In this document: piece by piece, positions 23,083-33,701 of the stretch
Position numbering within the stretch: the stretch's first letter is position 1
How the letters are laid out: each line of letters opens with the position of its first letter
Source of the DNA: Escherichia phage JoYop
Sequence record: OR769032.1
DNA: 64,000 bases
Reading direction: 5' to 3' (one strand)
The notes under the pieces: generated by a model
What the model was told of the DNA's origin: nothing
Databases searched by the model: none
The model's input: the letters and a program-made list of their open reading frames with translations, nothing else
Translations under genes and position numbers: made by a program

Positions 23083-23111
23083 ATGAACCTCGTTCAATTA
23101 GTGAGATTTCT

Positions 23112-23140
23112 ATTATATACCATCCAAATCTTAAAGTAAA
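23112..23140 (-). promoter_or_regulatory. early promoter (TTTACT-N17-TATAAT) upstream of rnh
   Basis: Back to back with late promoter of gene 34. Confidence 0.6.
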
Positions 23141-23144
23141 CAAG

Positions 23145-23152
23145 TATAAATA
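23145..23152 (+). promoter_or_regulatory. late promoter TATAAATA for gene 34
   Basis: TATAAATACTTATT 35 nt upstream of gene 34 ATG. Confidence 0.7.
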
Positions 23153-23186
23153 CTTATTATTGAAAACACAATAGGAGCCCGGGAGA

Positions 23187-26100
23187 ATGGCCGAGATTAA
23201 AAGAAAGTTCAGAGCAGAAGATGGTCTGGACGCAGGTGGTGATAAAATAATCAACGTAGCTTTAGCTGATCGTACCGTAGGAACTGACGGTGTTAACGTT
23301 GATTACTTAATTCAAGAAAATACAGTTCAACAATACGATCCAACTCGTGGATATTTAAAAGATTTTGTAATCATTTATGATAACCGCTTTTGGGCTGCTA
23401 TAAATGATATTCCAAAACCAGCAGGAGCTTTTAATAGCGGACGCTGGAGAGCATTACGTACGGACGCAAACTGGATTACGGTTTCATCTGGTTCATATCA
23501 ATTAAAATCCGGTGAAGCAATTTCGGTTAACACTGCAGCTGGTAATGACATCACGTTTACTTTACCATCTTCTCCAATTGATGGTGATACTATCGTTCTC
23601 CAAGATATTGGAGGAAAACCTGGAGTTAACCAAGTTTTAATTGCAGCTTCAGTACAAAGTATTGTAAACTTTAGAGGTGAACAAGTACGTTCAGTACTAA
23701 TGACTCATCCAAAGTCACAGCTAGTTTTAATTTTTAGTAATCGTCTGTGGCAAATGTACGTTGCTGATTATAGCAGAGAAGCTGTAATTGTAACACCAGC
23801 GAATACTTATCAAGCGCAATCTAACGATTTTATCGTGCGTAGATTTACTTCCGCTGCGCCGATTAATATTAAACTTCCGAGATTTGCTAATCATGGCGAT
23901 ATTATTAATTTCGTTGATTTGGATAAATTAAATCCACTTTATCATACAATTGTTACTACATACGATGAAACTACTTCAATACAAGAAGATGGAACTCATT
24001 CTATTGAAGGCCGTACATCGATAGATGGTTTCTTGATGTTTGATGATAATGAGAAACTGTGGAGATTGTTTGATGGCGATAGCAAAGCACGTTTACGTAT
24101 TATAACAACTAATTCAAATATTCGTCCAAATGAAGAAGTTATGGTATTTGGAGCGAATAACGGAACAACCCAAACAATTGAGCTTCAGCTTCCAACTAAT
24201 ATTTCTGTTGGTGATACTGTTAAAATTTCCATGAATTACATGAGAAAAGGACAAACAGTTAAAATCAAAGCTGCCGGTGAAGATAAAATTGCTTCTTCAG
24301 TTCAATTGCTGCAATTTCCAAAACGTTCAGAATATCCACCTGAAGCTGAATGGGTTACAGTCCAAGAATTAGTTTTTAACGGTGAAACTAATTATGTTCC
24401 AGTTTTGGAGCTTGCTTACATTGAAGACTCTGATGGAAAATACTGGGTTGTACAACAAAACGTTCCTACTGTGGAAAGAGTAGATTCTTTAAATGATTCA
24501 ACTAGAGCAAGATTAGGCGTAATTGCTTTAGCTACACAAGCTCAAGCAAATGTCGATTTAGAAAATTCTCCACAAAAAGAATTAGCAATTACTCCAGAAA
24601 CATTAGCTAACCGTACTGCTACAGAAACTCGTAGAGGTATCGCAAGAATAGCAACTACTGCTCAAGTGAATCAGAACACCACATTCTCTTTTGCTGATGA
24701 TATTATCATTACTCCTAAAAAGCTGAATGAAAGAACTGCTACAGAAACTCGTAGAGGTGTTGCTGAAATTGCTACGCAACAGGAAACTAATGCAGGTACT
24801 GATGATACTACAATCATCACTCCTAAAAAGCTTCAAGCTCGTCAGGGTTCTGAATCATTATCTGGTATTGTAACCTTTGTATCTACCGCAGGAGCTACTC
24901 CAGCTTCTAGTCGTGAATTAAATGGTACAAACGTTTATAATAAAAACACTAATAATTTAGTTGTTTCGCCTAAAGCTTTGGATCAGTATAAAGCTACTCC
25001 AACGCAACAAGGTGCAGTAATTTTAGCGGTTGAAAGTGAAGTAATTGCTGGAAAAAGTCAAGAAGGATGGGCAAATGCTGTTGTAACGCCAGAAACGTTA
25101 CATAAAAAGACATCAACTGATGGAAGAATTGGTTTAATTGAAATTGCTACACAAAGTGAAGTTAATACAGGAACTGATTATACTCGTGCAGTCACTCCTA
25201 AAACTTTAAATGACCGTATAGCAACTGAAAGTTTAAGTGGTATAGCTGAAATTGCTACACAAGTTGAATTCGACGCAGGCGTCGACGATACTCGTATCTC
25301 TACACCATTAAAAATTAAAACCAGATTTAATAGTACTGATCGTACTTCTGTTGTTGCTCTATCTGGATTAGTTGAATCAGGAACTCTCTGGGACCATTAT
25401 ACCCTTAATATTCTTGAAGCAAATGAGACGCAACGTGGTACACTTCGTGTGGCTACACAAGTTGAAGCTGCTGCTGGAAAATTGGATAATGTTTTAATAA
25501 CTCCTAAAAAGCTTTTAGGTACTAAATCTACCGAATCGCAAGAAGGTGTTATTAAAGTTGCAACTCAGTCTGAAACTGTGACTGGAACATCAGCAAATAC
25601 TGCTGTATCTCCAAAAAATTTAAAATGGATTGTACAGAGTGAACCTACCTGGGCAGCTACTACTGCGGTAAGAGGTTTTGTTAAAACTTCATCTGGTTCA
25701 ATTACATTCGTTGGTAATGATACAGTTGGTTCAACACAGTCGTTAGAATTATACGAGAAAAATAGCTATGCAGTATCACCATATGAATTAAACCGTGTAC
25801 TCGCTAACTATTTGCCATTAAAAGCAAAAGCTGCTGACGCAAATTTATTAGATGGCCTAGATTCATCCCAGTTCATTCGTAGGGATATTGCACAGACGGT
25901 TAATGGTTCACTAACCTTAACCCAGCAAACGAATCTGAGTGCCCCTCTTGTATCATCTAGTACTGCTACGTTTGGCGGATCAGTTTCAGCAAACAGCACA
26001 TTAACTATTTCTAATACTGGAACTATGACGCCCCGTATCGTTTTCGAAAAAGGTCCTGCATCTGGGGCAAATCCTGCACAGTCAATGAGTATTCGTGTAT

Positions 26101-27059
26101 GGGGTAACCAATTTGGCGGCGGTAGTGATACAACACGTTCGACAGTGTTTGAAGTTGGCGATGAAACATCTCATCACTTTTATTCTCAACGTAATAAAGA
26201 CGGTAATATAGCGTTTAGTATTAATGGTACTGTAATGCCAATAAACATTAATGCTTCCGGTTTGATGAATGTGAATGGTGTTGCAACATTCGGTCGTTCA
26301 GTTACAGCCAATGGTGAATTCATTAGCAAGTCTGCAAATGCTTTCAGAGCAATTAGTGGTGATTATGGATTCTTTATTCGCAATGATGCTGCTAATACCT
26401 ATTTTATGCTCACTGCATCAGGTGATCAGACTGGCGGATTTAATGGATTACGTCCTTTGGCTATTAATAATGCATCTGGCCAAGTAACGATTGGTGAAGG
26501 CTTAATCATTGCCAAAGGTGCTACTATAAATTCAGGTGGTTTGACTGTTAACTCGAGAATTCGTTCTCAGGGTAATAAAACATCTGATTTATATACCCGT
26601 GCGCCAACATCTGATACTATAGGATTCTGGTCAATCGATATTAACGATTCAGCCACTTATAACCAGTTCCCGGGTTATTTTAAAATGGTTGAAAAAACTA
26701 ATGAAGTGACTGGACTTCCATACTTAGAACGTGGTGAAGAAGTTAAATCTCCTGGTACATTGACTCAGTTTGGTAACACACTTGATTCGCTTTACCAAGA
26801 TTGGATTACTTATCCAACGACTCCAGAAGCACGTACCACTCGCTGGACGCGTACATGGCAGAAAACCAAAAACTCTTGGTCGAGTTTTGTTCAGGTATTT
26901 GACGGAGGTAACCCTCCTCAGCCGTCTGATATCGGTGCTTTACCATCTGATAATGCTACAATGGGGAATCTTACTATTCGTGATTTCTTACGAATTGGTA
27001 ATGTTCGCATTGTTCCTGACCCAGTGAATAAAACGGTTAAATTTGAATGGGTTGAATAA
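23187..27059 (+). CDS. 34: long tail fibre proximal subunit gp34
   Basis: 1290 aa; late promoter TATAAATA 35 nt upstream; internal RxATETRRG...ATQ repeats. Confidence 0.95.
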   Translation: MAEIKRKFRAEDGLDAGGDKIINVALADRTVGTDGVNVDYLIQENTVQQYDPTRGYLKDFVIIYDNRFWAAINDIPKPAGAFNSGRWRALRTDANWITVSSGSYQLKSGEAISVNTAAGNDITFTLPSSPIDGDTIVLQDIGGKPGVNQVLIAASVQSIVNFRGEQVRSVLMTHPKSQLVLIFSNRLWQMYVADYSREAVIVTPANTYQAQSNDFIVRRFTSAAPINIKLPRFANHGDIINFVDLDKLNPLYHTIVTTYDETTSIQEDGTHSIEGRTSIDGFLMFDDNEKLWRLFDGDSKARLRIITTNSNIRPNEEVMVFGANNGTTQTIELQLPTNISVGDTVKISMNYMRKGQTVKIKAAGEDKIASSVQLLQFPKRSEYPPEAEWVTVQELVFNGETNYVPVLELAYIEDSDGKYWVVQQNVPTVERVDSLNDSTRARLGVIALATQAQANVDLENSPQKELAITPETLANRTATETRRGIARIATTAQVNQNTTFSFADDIIITPKKLNERTATETRRGVAEIATQQETNAGTDDTTIITPKKLQARQGSESLSGIVTFVSTAGATPASSRELNGTNVYNKNTNNLVVSPKALDQYKATPTQQGAVILAVESEVIAGKSQEGWANAVVTPETLHKKTSTDGRIGLIEIATQSEVNTGTDYTRAVTPKTLNDRIATESLSGIAEIATQVEFDAGVDDTRISTPLKIKTRFNSTDRTSVVALSGLVESGTLWDHYTLNILEANETQRGTLRVATQVEAAAGKLDNVLITPKKLLGTKSTESQEGVIKVATQSETVTGTSANTAVSPKNLKWIVQSEPTWAATTAVRGFVKTSSGSITFVGNDTVGSTQSLELYEKNSYAVSPYELNRVLANYLPLKAKAADANLLDGLDSSQFIRRDIAQTVNGSLTLTQQTNLSAPLVSSSTATFGGSVSANSTLTISNTGTMTPRIVFEKGPASGANPAQSMSIRVWGNQFGGGSDTTRSTVFEVGDETSHHFYSQRNKDGNIAFSINGTVMPININASGLMNVNGVATFGRSVTANGEFISKSANAFRAISGDYGFFIRNDAANTYFMLTASGDQTGGFNGLRPLAINNASGQVTIGEGLIIAKGATINSGGLTVNSRIRSQGNKTSDLYTRAPTSDTIGFWSIDINDSATYNQFPGYFKMVEKTNEVTGLPYLERGEEVKSPGTLTQFGNTLDSLYQDWITYPTTPEARTTRWTRTWQKTKNSWSSFVQVFDGGNPPQPSDIGALPSDNATMGNLTIRDFLRIGNVRIVPDPVNKTVKFEWVE

Positions 27060-27067
27060 GAGGTATT

Positions 27068-28183
27068 ATGGAAAAATTTATGGCAGAGTTTGGACAAGGA
27101 TATGTCCAAACGCCATTTTTATCGGAAAGTAATTCAGTAAGATATAAAATAAGTATAGCGGGTTCTTGTCCGCTTTCTACAGCAGGACCATATGTTAAAT
27201 TTCAGGATAATCCTGTTGGAAGCCAAACATTTAGCGCAGGACTTCATTTAAGAGTTTTTGACCCTTCCACCGGAGCATTAGTTGATAGTAAGTCATATGC
27301 TTTTTCGACTTCAAATGATACTACATCAGCTGCTTTTGTTAGTTTCATGAATTCTTTGACGAATAATAGACTTGTTGCTATATTAACTAACGGAAAAGTT
27401 AATTTTCCTCCTGAAGTAGTGTCTTGGTTAAGAGCCGCAGGAACGGCTGCTTTTCCATCTGATTCTATATTGTCAAGATTCGACGTATCATATGCTGCTT
27501 TTTATACTTCTTCTAAAAGAGTTATCGCGTTAGAGCATGTTAAACTAAGTAATAGAAAAAGCACAGATGACTATCAAACTATTTTAGATGTTGTATTTGA
27601 TAGTTTAGAAGACGTTGGAGCTACGGGATTTCCTAAAAGAACATATGAAAGTGTCGAGCAATTCATGTCAGCGGTCGGTGGAACCAATAACGAAATTGCA
27701 CGTTTTCCAACTTCATCCGCGATAAGTAAACTCTCTGATTATAATTTAGTTCCTGGTGATGTTCTTTATCTTAAAGCTCAGTTATATGCTGATGCGGATT
27801 TACTTGCGCTTGGAACCACAAATATATCCATCCGTTTTTATAATGCATCTAATGGATATATTTCTTCAACACAAGCTGAGTTCACCGGACAAGCTGGGTC
27901 TTGGGAATTAAAGGAAGATTATGTAGTTGTTCCAGAAAACGCTGTGGGATTTACGATATACGCACAAAGAACTGCACAAGCTGGTCAAGGTGGCATGAGA
28001 AATTTAAGCTTTTCTGAAGTGTCAAAAAATGGAGGTATTTCGAAACCTGCTGAATTTGGCGTCAATGGAATTCGTGTTAATTATATCTGTGAATCTGCTT
28101 CACCTCCGGATATAATGGTACTTCCTACACAAGCATCGTCTAAAACTGGTAAAGTGTTTGGGCAAGAATTTAGAGAAGTATAA
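27068..28183 (+). CDS. 35: long tail fibre hinge connector gp35
   Basis: 371 aa, position and size as T4 gp35; GAGG RBS. Confidence 0.9.
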   Translation: MEKFMAEFGQGYVQTPFLSESNSVRYKISIAGSCPLSTAGPYVKFQDNPVGSQTFSAGLHLRVFDPSTGALVDSKSYAFSTSNDTTSAAFVSFMNSLTNNRLVAILTNGKVNFPPEVVSWLRAAGTAAFPSDSILSRFDVSYAAFYTSSKRVIALEHVKLSNRKSTDDYQTILDVVFDSLEDVGATGFPKRTYESVEQFMSAVGGTNNEIARFPTSSAISKLSDYNLVPGDVLYLKAQLYADADLLALGTTNISIRFYNASNGYISSTQAEFTGQAGSWELKEDYVVVPENAVGFTIYAQRTAQAGQGGMRNLSFSEVSKNGGISKPAEFGVNGIRVNYICESASPPDIMVLPTQASSKTGKVFGQEFREV

Positions 28184-28188
28184 ATTGA

Positions 28189-28215
28189 GGGAGCCTTCGG
28201 GTTCCCTTTTTCTTT
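28189..28215 (+). terminator. intrinsic terminator downstream of gene 35
   Basis: GGGAGCC-UUCG-GGUUCCC followed by UUUUUCUUU. Confidence 0.65.
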
Positions 28216-28222
28216 ATAAATA
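28215..28222 (+). promoter_or_regulatory. late promoter TATAAATA for gene 36
   Basis: TATAAATACTATT directly after gene 35 terminator. Confidence 0.7.
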
Positions 28223-28245
28223 CTATTAAAATAAAGGGGCATACA

Positions 28246-28911
28246 ATGGCTGATTTAAAAGTAGGTTCAACAACCGGAGGCTCTGTCATTTGGCATCAAG
28301 GAAATTTTCCATTGAATCCAGCCGGTGACGATGTACTCTATAAATCATTTAAAATATATTCAGAATACAATAAACCGCAAGCAGCTGATAACGATTTCGT
28401 TTCTAAAGCTAATGGCGGTACTTATGCATCAAAGGTAACATTTAATGCTGGTGTTCAAGTACCATATGCTATAAACAATACAAACCAAAGCGGTATTTAT
28501 CCTGGCAATGGTGATGCTGCTACTTTTGATACAGCAAATATTGATATTGTTTCATGGTACGGCATTGGTTTTAAATCATCACAAGGATCTGCAGGTAGAA
28601 CTGTTGTTGTTAACACTCGTACTGGTGATATCAGCACTAAGGGTGGTATTTATGCAATCGGACCCGTCCGTTCTAACGTTACCGCTCCAGTGGCAGCAAA
28701 TGACCTTACTAGAAAGGACTATGTTGATGGAGCAATAAATACTGTTACGGCAAATGCGAACTCTAGAGTGTTACGATCTGGTGACACTATGACGGGTAAC
28801 TTAACCGCACCAAACTTTTTCTCGCAGAATCCTGCATCTCAACCTTCACATGTTCCACGATTTGACCAAATCGTAATTAAGGATTCTGTTCAAGATTTCG
28901 GCTATTATTAA
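28246..28911 (+). CDS. 36: long tail fibre distal connector gp36
   Basis: 221 aa as in T4; own late promoter. Confidence 0.9.
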   Translation: MADLKVGSTTGGSVIWHQGNFPLNPAGDDVLYKSFKIYSEYNKPQAADNDFVSKANGGTYASKVTFNAGVQVPYAINNTNQSGIYPGNGDAATFDTANIDIVSWYGIGFKSSQGSAGRTVVVNTRTGDISTKGGIYAIGPVRSNVTAPVAANDLTRKDYVDGAINTVTANANSRVLRSGDTMTGNLTAPNFFSQNPASQPSHVPRFDQIVIKDSVQDFGYY

Positions 28912-28919
28912 GAGGACTT

Positions 28920-31900
28920 ATGGCTACTTTAAAACAAATACAATTTAAAAGAAGCAAAACCGCAGGTGCACGTCCTGCTGCTTCAGTATTAGCCGAAGGT
29001 GAATTGGCTATAAACTTAAAAGATAGAACAATTTTTACTAAAGACGATTTAGGAAATATCATTGATCTGGGTTTTGCTAAAGGCGGGCAGGTTGATGGAA
29101 ATATCACTCAAACTGGTGATTATTTACAAAATGGAACATATAATCTTAATGGAAACCAGTTTGTTTATGCAGGAAAATATATTGAATTTTTACCTAAAAC
29201 AGCTGGTAATGGCGCTTGGGCAAATCAACACCTAAATAAAGCCCCTATCTTTACAGATTTAAGTTCAGCTACTTCTACTTCAGAATACCATCCGCTAATT
29301 AAGCAGCGTTATAAAGATGGAACTTTTTCTGTTGGTACGTTAGTAAATGAAGGAAGTTTTAAAATTCAATATATCAATGAATCTGGTGATTCAAAATATT
29401 GGACTTTTAATCGAAACGGTAGTTTTATTGTAGATAATGGCAGTATTGAAGTCCGTGCAGGTAATATTTCGGCTTCAGGTAATATTAACTCGGCAACCGG
29501 ATTTGTTTCTGCACCGCGCGTCAATACAAAAAATATTAACCTGAGTTCTAAAAAATTTATACCGAATAATGACGAGGGTTATGACATTGTTTCTTTACCT
29601 ACTTGGATTTATAATCCACCAGCAGATGGTTCTGACCGTGATACAAACGGATTGAACTACATGCGTAAAATGCGGGCTTCAAATACTTCTAGCATTTTCC
29701 ATGAAATTGTCGATTGCCGAAAAGGTAAGCCACAAGAAATTTCTTGGTGGACTGGTGTTGGGCCTTCTTCTTTCCAGTGGGCGTTTGATACCTCCGGGCG
29801 TATTACTGCAGGTAAATCAATTTCTGTAGGTCTTCCTGATAATGGTTCAAATGGACGTTATCCTTTAGATTCTGCCATTTCTATTGGTATTGCAATTGGT
29901 GATAACGACACCGGTATTAAATGGGTCCGCGACGGTGTTATTGATTTCATGGCTAACGGTATTTCATCCGCTACCATTTTGAATAACGGTATTAACAGCA
30001 CTAAGAAATTGATGGTCGGTTATAGCCGCGATTCTGGTACTACTTGGGATTACCCAAATAACAACCAAGCAATGTTTACTGCGCGTACCGATGTTGATGG
30101 TAATAATAATGGCGATGGACAGACTCATATCGGTTATAGCAGCAACGCTAAGATGTATCACTATTTCCGTGGTACAGGTCGTATGTCCGTTAATATGGGC
30201 GATGGACTTCTTGTTGAGCCTGGCATTTTAGATATTAAAACCGGTTCAAATTCGTTAAATTTGCGCGCTGATGGTACCATTGCTTCTGTTCAAACATTAA
30301 AACTTAATAATGGATTATATTTTAATGGTGATGGAACTAATGCTTCTCTAGTTTTTAAAGCCGCTTCAGGTATTGATGGCACTAAGCAAATCATGTGGGA
30401 AGGCGGTACTCGACCAGGTCAGAATAAGAGTTATGTAACTGTTAAAGCATGGGGTAATTCATTTAACGCCACTGGCGATAAATCTCGTGAAACCGTATTT
30501 GAAGTCTCTGATGGACAAGGTTGGTATTTCTACACTCAACGCCTGGCTCCAACTGATTCTGGAACCATAGGTCGTGTTACAACTTACTTCAATGGTGAGC
30601 TTCGTTCTAAAGGAAACCTAATAAGCGAAGGAAGTCTTGAAGTTGATGGAACAAGCACACTAGCCGGTAATGTTACTATGTCTAACGGTTTGTTTGTTCA
30701 AGGTGGTTCTTCTATTACTGGACAAGCTAAATTTGGTGGAACGGCAGATGCATTAAGAATTTGGAATGCTGAATATGGTGCTATTTTCCGTCGTTCAGAA
30801 GCATCATTGCATATTATTCCGACCCCTAAAGATGCCGGTGAAAGCGGTGGAATAAGTAATCTCCGTCCACTTAGTATCAGCCTTAATAACGGTATGGTGC
30901 AAATGCGTCATTCTGTCACATTAGGTGATGATGGCAGAGGCGGAAATATGGTTACCGTAGACAACGATAATAAACTTGTTGTTGTTACTAGTAATAGTCG
31001 TATTTCTCCTAATTACCGTATGCAAATAGGTCAGTCAGCATATATTGATGTTGAATGCACTGACAGCGTTCGTCCAGCGGGTGCAGGTTCTTTTGCTTCC
31101 CAGAATAATGAAAACGTACGCGCACCATTCTATATGAATATTGACCGTACAGACAATAGCACTTATGTTCCAATTTTGAAGCAGAGATATGTACAAGGAA
31201 ACAGCTGTTACTCTATTGGAACCTTAATTAATGGTGGTAACTTTAGAGTTCATTATCATGAAGGTGGAGACGGAAGCTCATCAGGCGCAATTATAAAAGA
31301 TTTAGGATGGGAATTTACGCGTTCTGGCGATTTTATATCTCCTAAGCGTGTTTCTGCCGGGGGTTCAGTTTATTTAGGTACAGATGGTAACATTACTGGC
31401 GGTTCAGGAAACTTTGCTAACTTGAACACTACTTTAGACCGTAAAGTAACTACCGGCTGGATTAATTATTCTGTTGATAGCGGTTGGTATAAATTGGCAA
31501 CAGTAACTATGCCTCAAGGTGTGGCTACAGTTCAATTTAAAATTACTGGTGGTTCTGGATTTAACGTTGGTACTTTTAGACAAGCAACAATTAATGAAAT
31601 TGTATTGCGTTCAGGTAATAACAGCCCTAAAGGAATTAATGGTGTTTTATGGCAACGCGAAACAGATGCTATTAAAGATATTGCGTATATTAATACCTCA
31701 GGCGATGAGTATGATGTTTATATTAATTGTGGCACTTATTTAAATAGACTTACCTTAGAATATAGCACTTCAGAAAACGCTTCAGTAGTAGTTCATGGAT
31801 TATATGGGCCTACACAATCACCAGTAGAAGAGCTTCCTGTAGATACTGTTAAAGGTCGTGTTTTTAAACTTCTTAATAATAGCTCAGGCGTTTTTGATGC

Positions 31901-32885
31901 AGGTAGTTCTAATATTTCTACAAATGCAACTTTTGTGGCAAATACTACTATAGGATTCCGTCACAAATCTAACGGCGACGAAAGTGGCTCTGCAGCTGCT
32001 CTGTTTTATAATGATGGTACTACGTTCCATATATTATTAACAGATAAAAATACCGATACTGATAAAACTAAAGCCTCTGGTTCTTATAATAGCTTGAGAC
32101 CTTTTTCTATCAATATTGCTTCTGGTAAAGTAACTATTTCAAACTCTATGAGCGTTTCTGGGGTATCAGAGTTTTATAATGGACTTAACATCAAAAATAA
32201 TGGAAGTATTAACTTTGATAAGTCTGGCGCTAACCCGAGAAATATGAGAATATTTCATGCTGGTGATGCTTCTCGCGGTAACCGTATTGAAATTGCTGAT
32301 GAAACTAACTATATTGCTTACTTTGAAAAAACTCCAGGTGGAGCTAACCGCTTTGTAGTAAATAATGCTACTGTGGATGGTGTTAATCAAATGAATTCAT
32401 TTGGTATTAATATCAATAACGCACTTGGTGGAAATAGTATAGCATTTGGTGATAATGATACTGGAATTAAACAATCTGGTGACGGAATTCTCGATATCAT
32501 TACTAACGCCGCACGCCGAATGAGATTCCAAACAGGTGACACCTATTCTGACATGAATATAAACGCCCCAAACGTTTATATTCGTTCTGATATTCGTTTG
32601 AAATCTAATTTCAGACCTATTGAAAATGCTCTTGAAAAGGTTGAACAGCTTGATGGTTTAATCTATGATAAAGCTGACTATATAGGCGGTGAACCTGTTC
32701 AAACAGAAGCAGGTATTATAGCTCAAACGTTGCAAGACGTTTTACCTGAAGCAGTTCGTGAAGTTGAAGATATTAAGGGTAATAAAATACTCACTGTTTC
32801 TTCTCAATCCCAGATTGCTCTTCTGGTTGAAGCTGTGAAAACACTTTCTGCTCGTGTAAAAGAACTTGAATCTAAACTTATGTAA
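28920..32885 (+). CDS. 37: long tail fibre distal subunit gp37 (T2-type, with C-terminal intramolecular chaperone-like domain)
   Basis: 1321 aa; C-terminal ~110 aa begins SDIRLKSN..., resembling the S74-type auto-cleaving chaperone motif. Confidence 0.9.
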   Translation: MATLKQIQFKRSKTAGARPAASVLAEGELAINLKDRTIFTKDDLGNIIDLGFAKGGQVDGNITQTGDYLQNGTYNLNGNQFVYAGKYIEFLPKTAGNGAWANQHLNKAPIFTDLSSATSTSEYHPLIKQRYKDGTFSVGTLVNEGSFKIQYINESGDSKYWTFNRNGSFIVDNGSIEVRAGNISASGNINSATGFVSAPRVNTKNINLSSKKFIPNNDEGYDIVSLPTWIYNPPADGSDRDTNGLNYMRKMRASNTSSIFHEIVDCRKGKPQEISWWTGVGPSSFQWAFDTSGRITAGKSISVGLPDNGSNGRYPLDSAISIGIAIGDNDTGIKWVRDGVIDFMANGISSATILNNGINSTKKLMVGYSRDSGTTWDYPNNNQAMFTARTDVDGNNNGDGQTHIGYSSNAKMYHYFRGTGRMSVNMGDGLLVEPGILDIKTGSNSLNLRADGTIASVQTLKLNNGLYFNGDGTNASLVFKAASGIDGTKQIMWEGGTRPGQNKSYVTVKAWGNSFNATGDKSRETVFEVSDGQGWYFYTQRLAPTDSGTIGRVTTYFNGELRSKGNLISEGSLEVDGTSTLAGNVTMSNGLFVQGGSSITGQAKFGGTADALRIWNAEYGAIFRRSEASLHIIPTPKDAGESGGISNLRPLSISLNNGMVQMRHSVTLGDDGRGGNMVTVDNDNKLVVVTSNSRISPNYRMQIGQSAYIDVECTDSVRPAGAGSFASQNNENVRAPFYMNIDRTDNSTYVPILKQRYVQGNSCYSIGTLINGGNFRVHYHEGGDGSSSGAIIKDLGWEFTRSGDFISPKRVSAGGSVYLGTDGNITGGSGNFANLNTTLDRKVTTGWINYSVDSGWYKLATVTMPQGVATVQFKITGGSGFNVGTFRQATINEIVLRSGNNSPKGINGVLWQRETDAIKDIAYINTSGDEYDVYINCGTYLNRLTLEYSTSENASVVVHGLYGPTQSPVEELPVDTVKGRVFKLLNNSSGVFDAGSSNISTNATFVANTTIGFRHKSNGDESGSAAALFYNDGTTFHILLTDKNTDTDKTKASGSYNSLRPFSINIASGKVTISNSMSVSGVSEFYNGLNIKNNGSINFDKSGANPRNMRIFHAGDASRGNRIEIADETNYIAYFEKTPGGANRFVVNNATVDGVNQMNSFGININNALGGNSIAFGDNDTGIKQSGDGILDIITNAARRMRFQTGDTYSDMNINAPNVYIRSDIRLKSNFRPIENALEKVEQLDGLIYDKADYIGGEPVQTEAGIIAQTLQDVLPEAVREVEDIKGNKILTVSSQSQIALLVEAVKTLSARVKELESKLM

Positions 32886-32887
32886 AA

Positions 32888-32903
32888 GAGGGCTTCGGCC
32901 CTC
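32888..32903 (+). promoter_or_regulatory. UUCG hairpin between genes 37 and 38
   Basis: GAGGGC-UUCG-GCCCUC just before gene 38 RBS; no clean U tract. Confidence 0.35.
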
Positions 32904-32915
32904 TAAGGATTTTTA

Positions 32916-33701
32916 ATGGCAATTGTAGGTGTTCCTGGCTGGATTGGCGAATCTGCCGTGAATGAAACTGGACAACGTTGGATGGATGCTGCGATGAAAG
33001 CTGTTCGTGTTTCAGTTCCTGGTTGGATGAGCTCAATGGCTGGACAATCTAAAGAAGTATATTACAGCATTGGTGCTAGTAATTCTTATAATAAAGACAC
33101 GCTAATAAATTGGATAAAAGCTCAAGGAAGTACTCCTGTTGTTATTACAATTACAGGAAATATTGTTTCTCAATCTACTGGTGTTCCATGCTTAGATTTT
33201 CCTAGCTCATTAACTAATGCATACGTGACACTTAATATCAATTCAGGTGTATATGTTTGGGGCCGTGGCGGGAATGGCGGAAATAACTCTGCCGGTGGAG
33301 CAGGAGGAACTGCAATAAATAATGGAATTGGAACTAGATTGCGTATTAACAACAATGGTGTTATCGCAGGCGGTGGTGGCGGTGGCGGTGGTGGGTATTA
33401 TTCTCCTACGCCACAAATGAAATTAACCTTTGGTGGTGGTGGCGGTCGTCCGTTTGGTGCTGCTGGTGGATCTGCCAACATGCAATCAGGCGCAACTGCT
33501 GGTACTATTTCCGCGCCAGGTAAAGGGTCTGTCAACGGTGTCTATAATGGCGGAAACGGCGGTGATGCTGGTGCCGCAGGTGGTAAATGTAATATTCGTG
33601 GTCAAGGATCAGAATATAACGGCGGTGCGGCTGGTAAAGCTGTTACTGGTAATGCTCCAACTTGGACTAAAGTTGGTACAATATATGGTGCAAGAGTATA
33701 A
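32916..33701 (+). CDS. 38: receptor-recognising adhesin gp38 (T2-type)
   Basis: 261 aa; five glycine-rich motifs including a run of nine Gly, separated by variable segments. Confidence 0.88.
   Translation: MAIVGVPGWIGESAVNETGQRWMDAAMKAVRVSVPGWMSSMAGQSKEVYYSIGASNSYNKDTLINWIKAQGSTPVVITITGNIVSQSTGVPCLDFPSSLTNAYVTLNINSGVYVWGRGGNGGNNSAGGAGGTAINNGIGTRLRINNNGVIAGGGGGGGGGYYSPTPQMKLTFGGGGGRPFGAAGGSANMQSGATAGTISAPGKGSVNGVYNGGNGGDAGAAGGKCNIRGQGSEYNGGAAGKAVTGNAPTWTKVGTIYGARV

Noticed and set aside
22088-23097. Programmed ribosomal frameshift or alternative start joining the two rnh ORFs
   Set aside because: A perfect 77-bp tandem duplication fully explains the frame break; no slippery heptamer or pseudoknot at the junction.
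33391-33420. GGY repeat as CRISPR-like or mobile repeat
   Set aside because: It lies in frame inside gp38 and encodes the poly-Gly motif; no spacer-repeat architecture.
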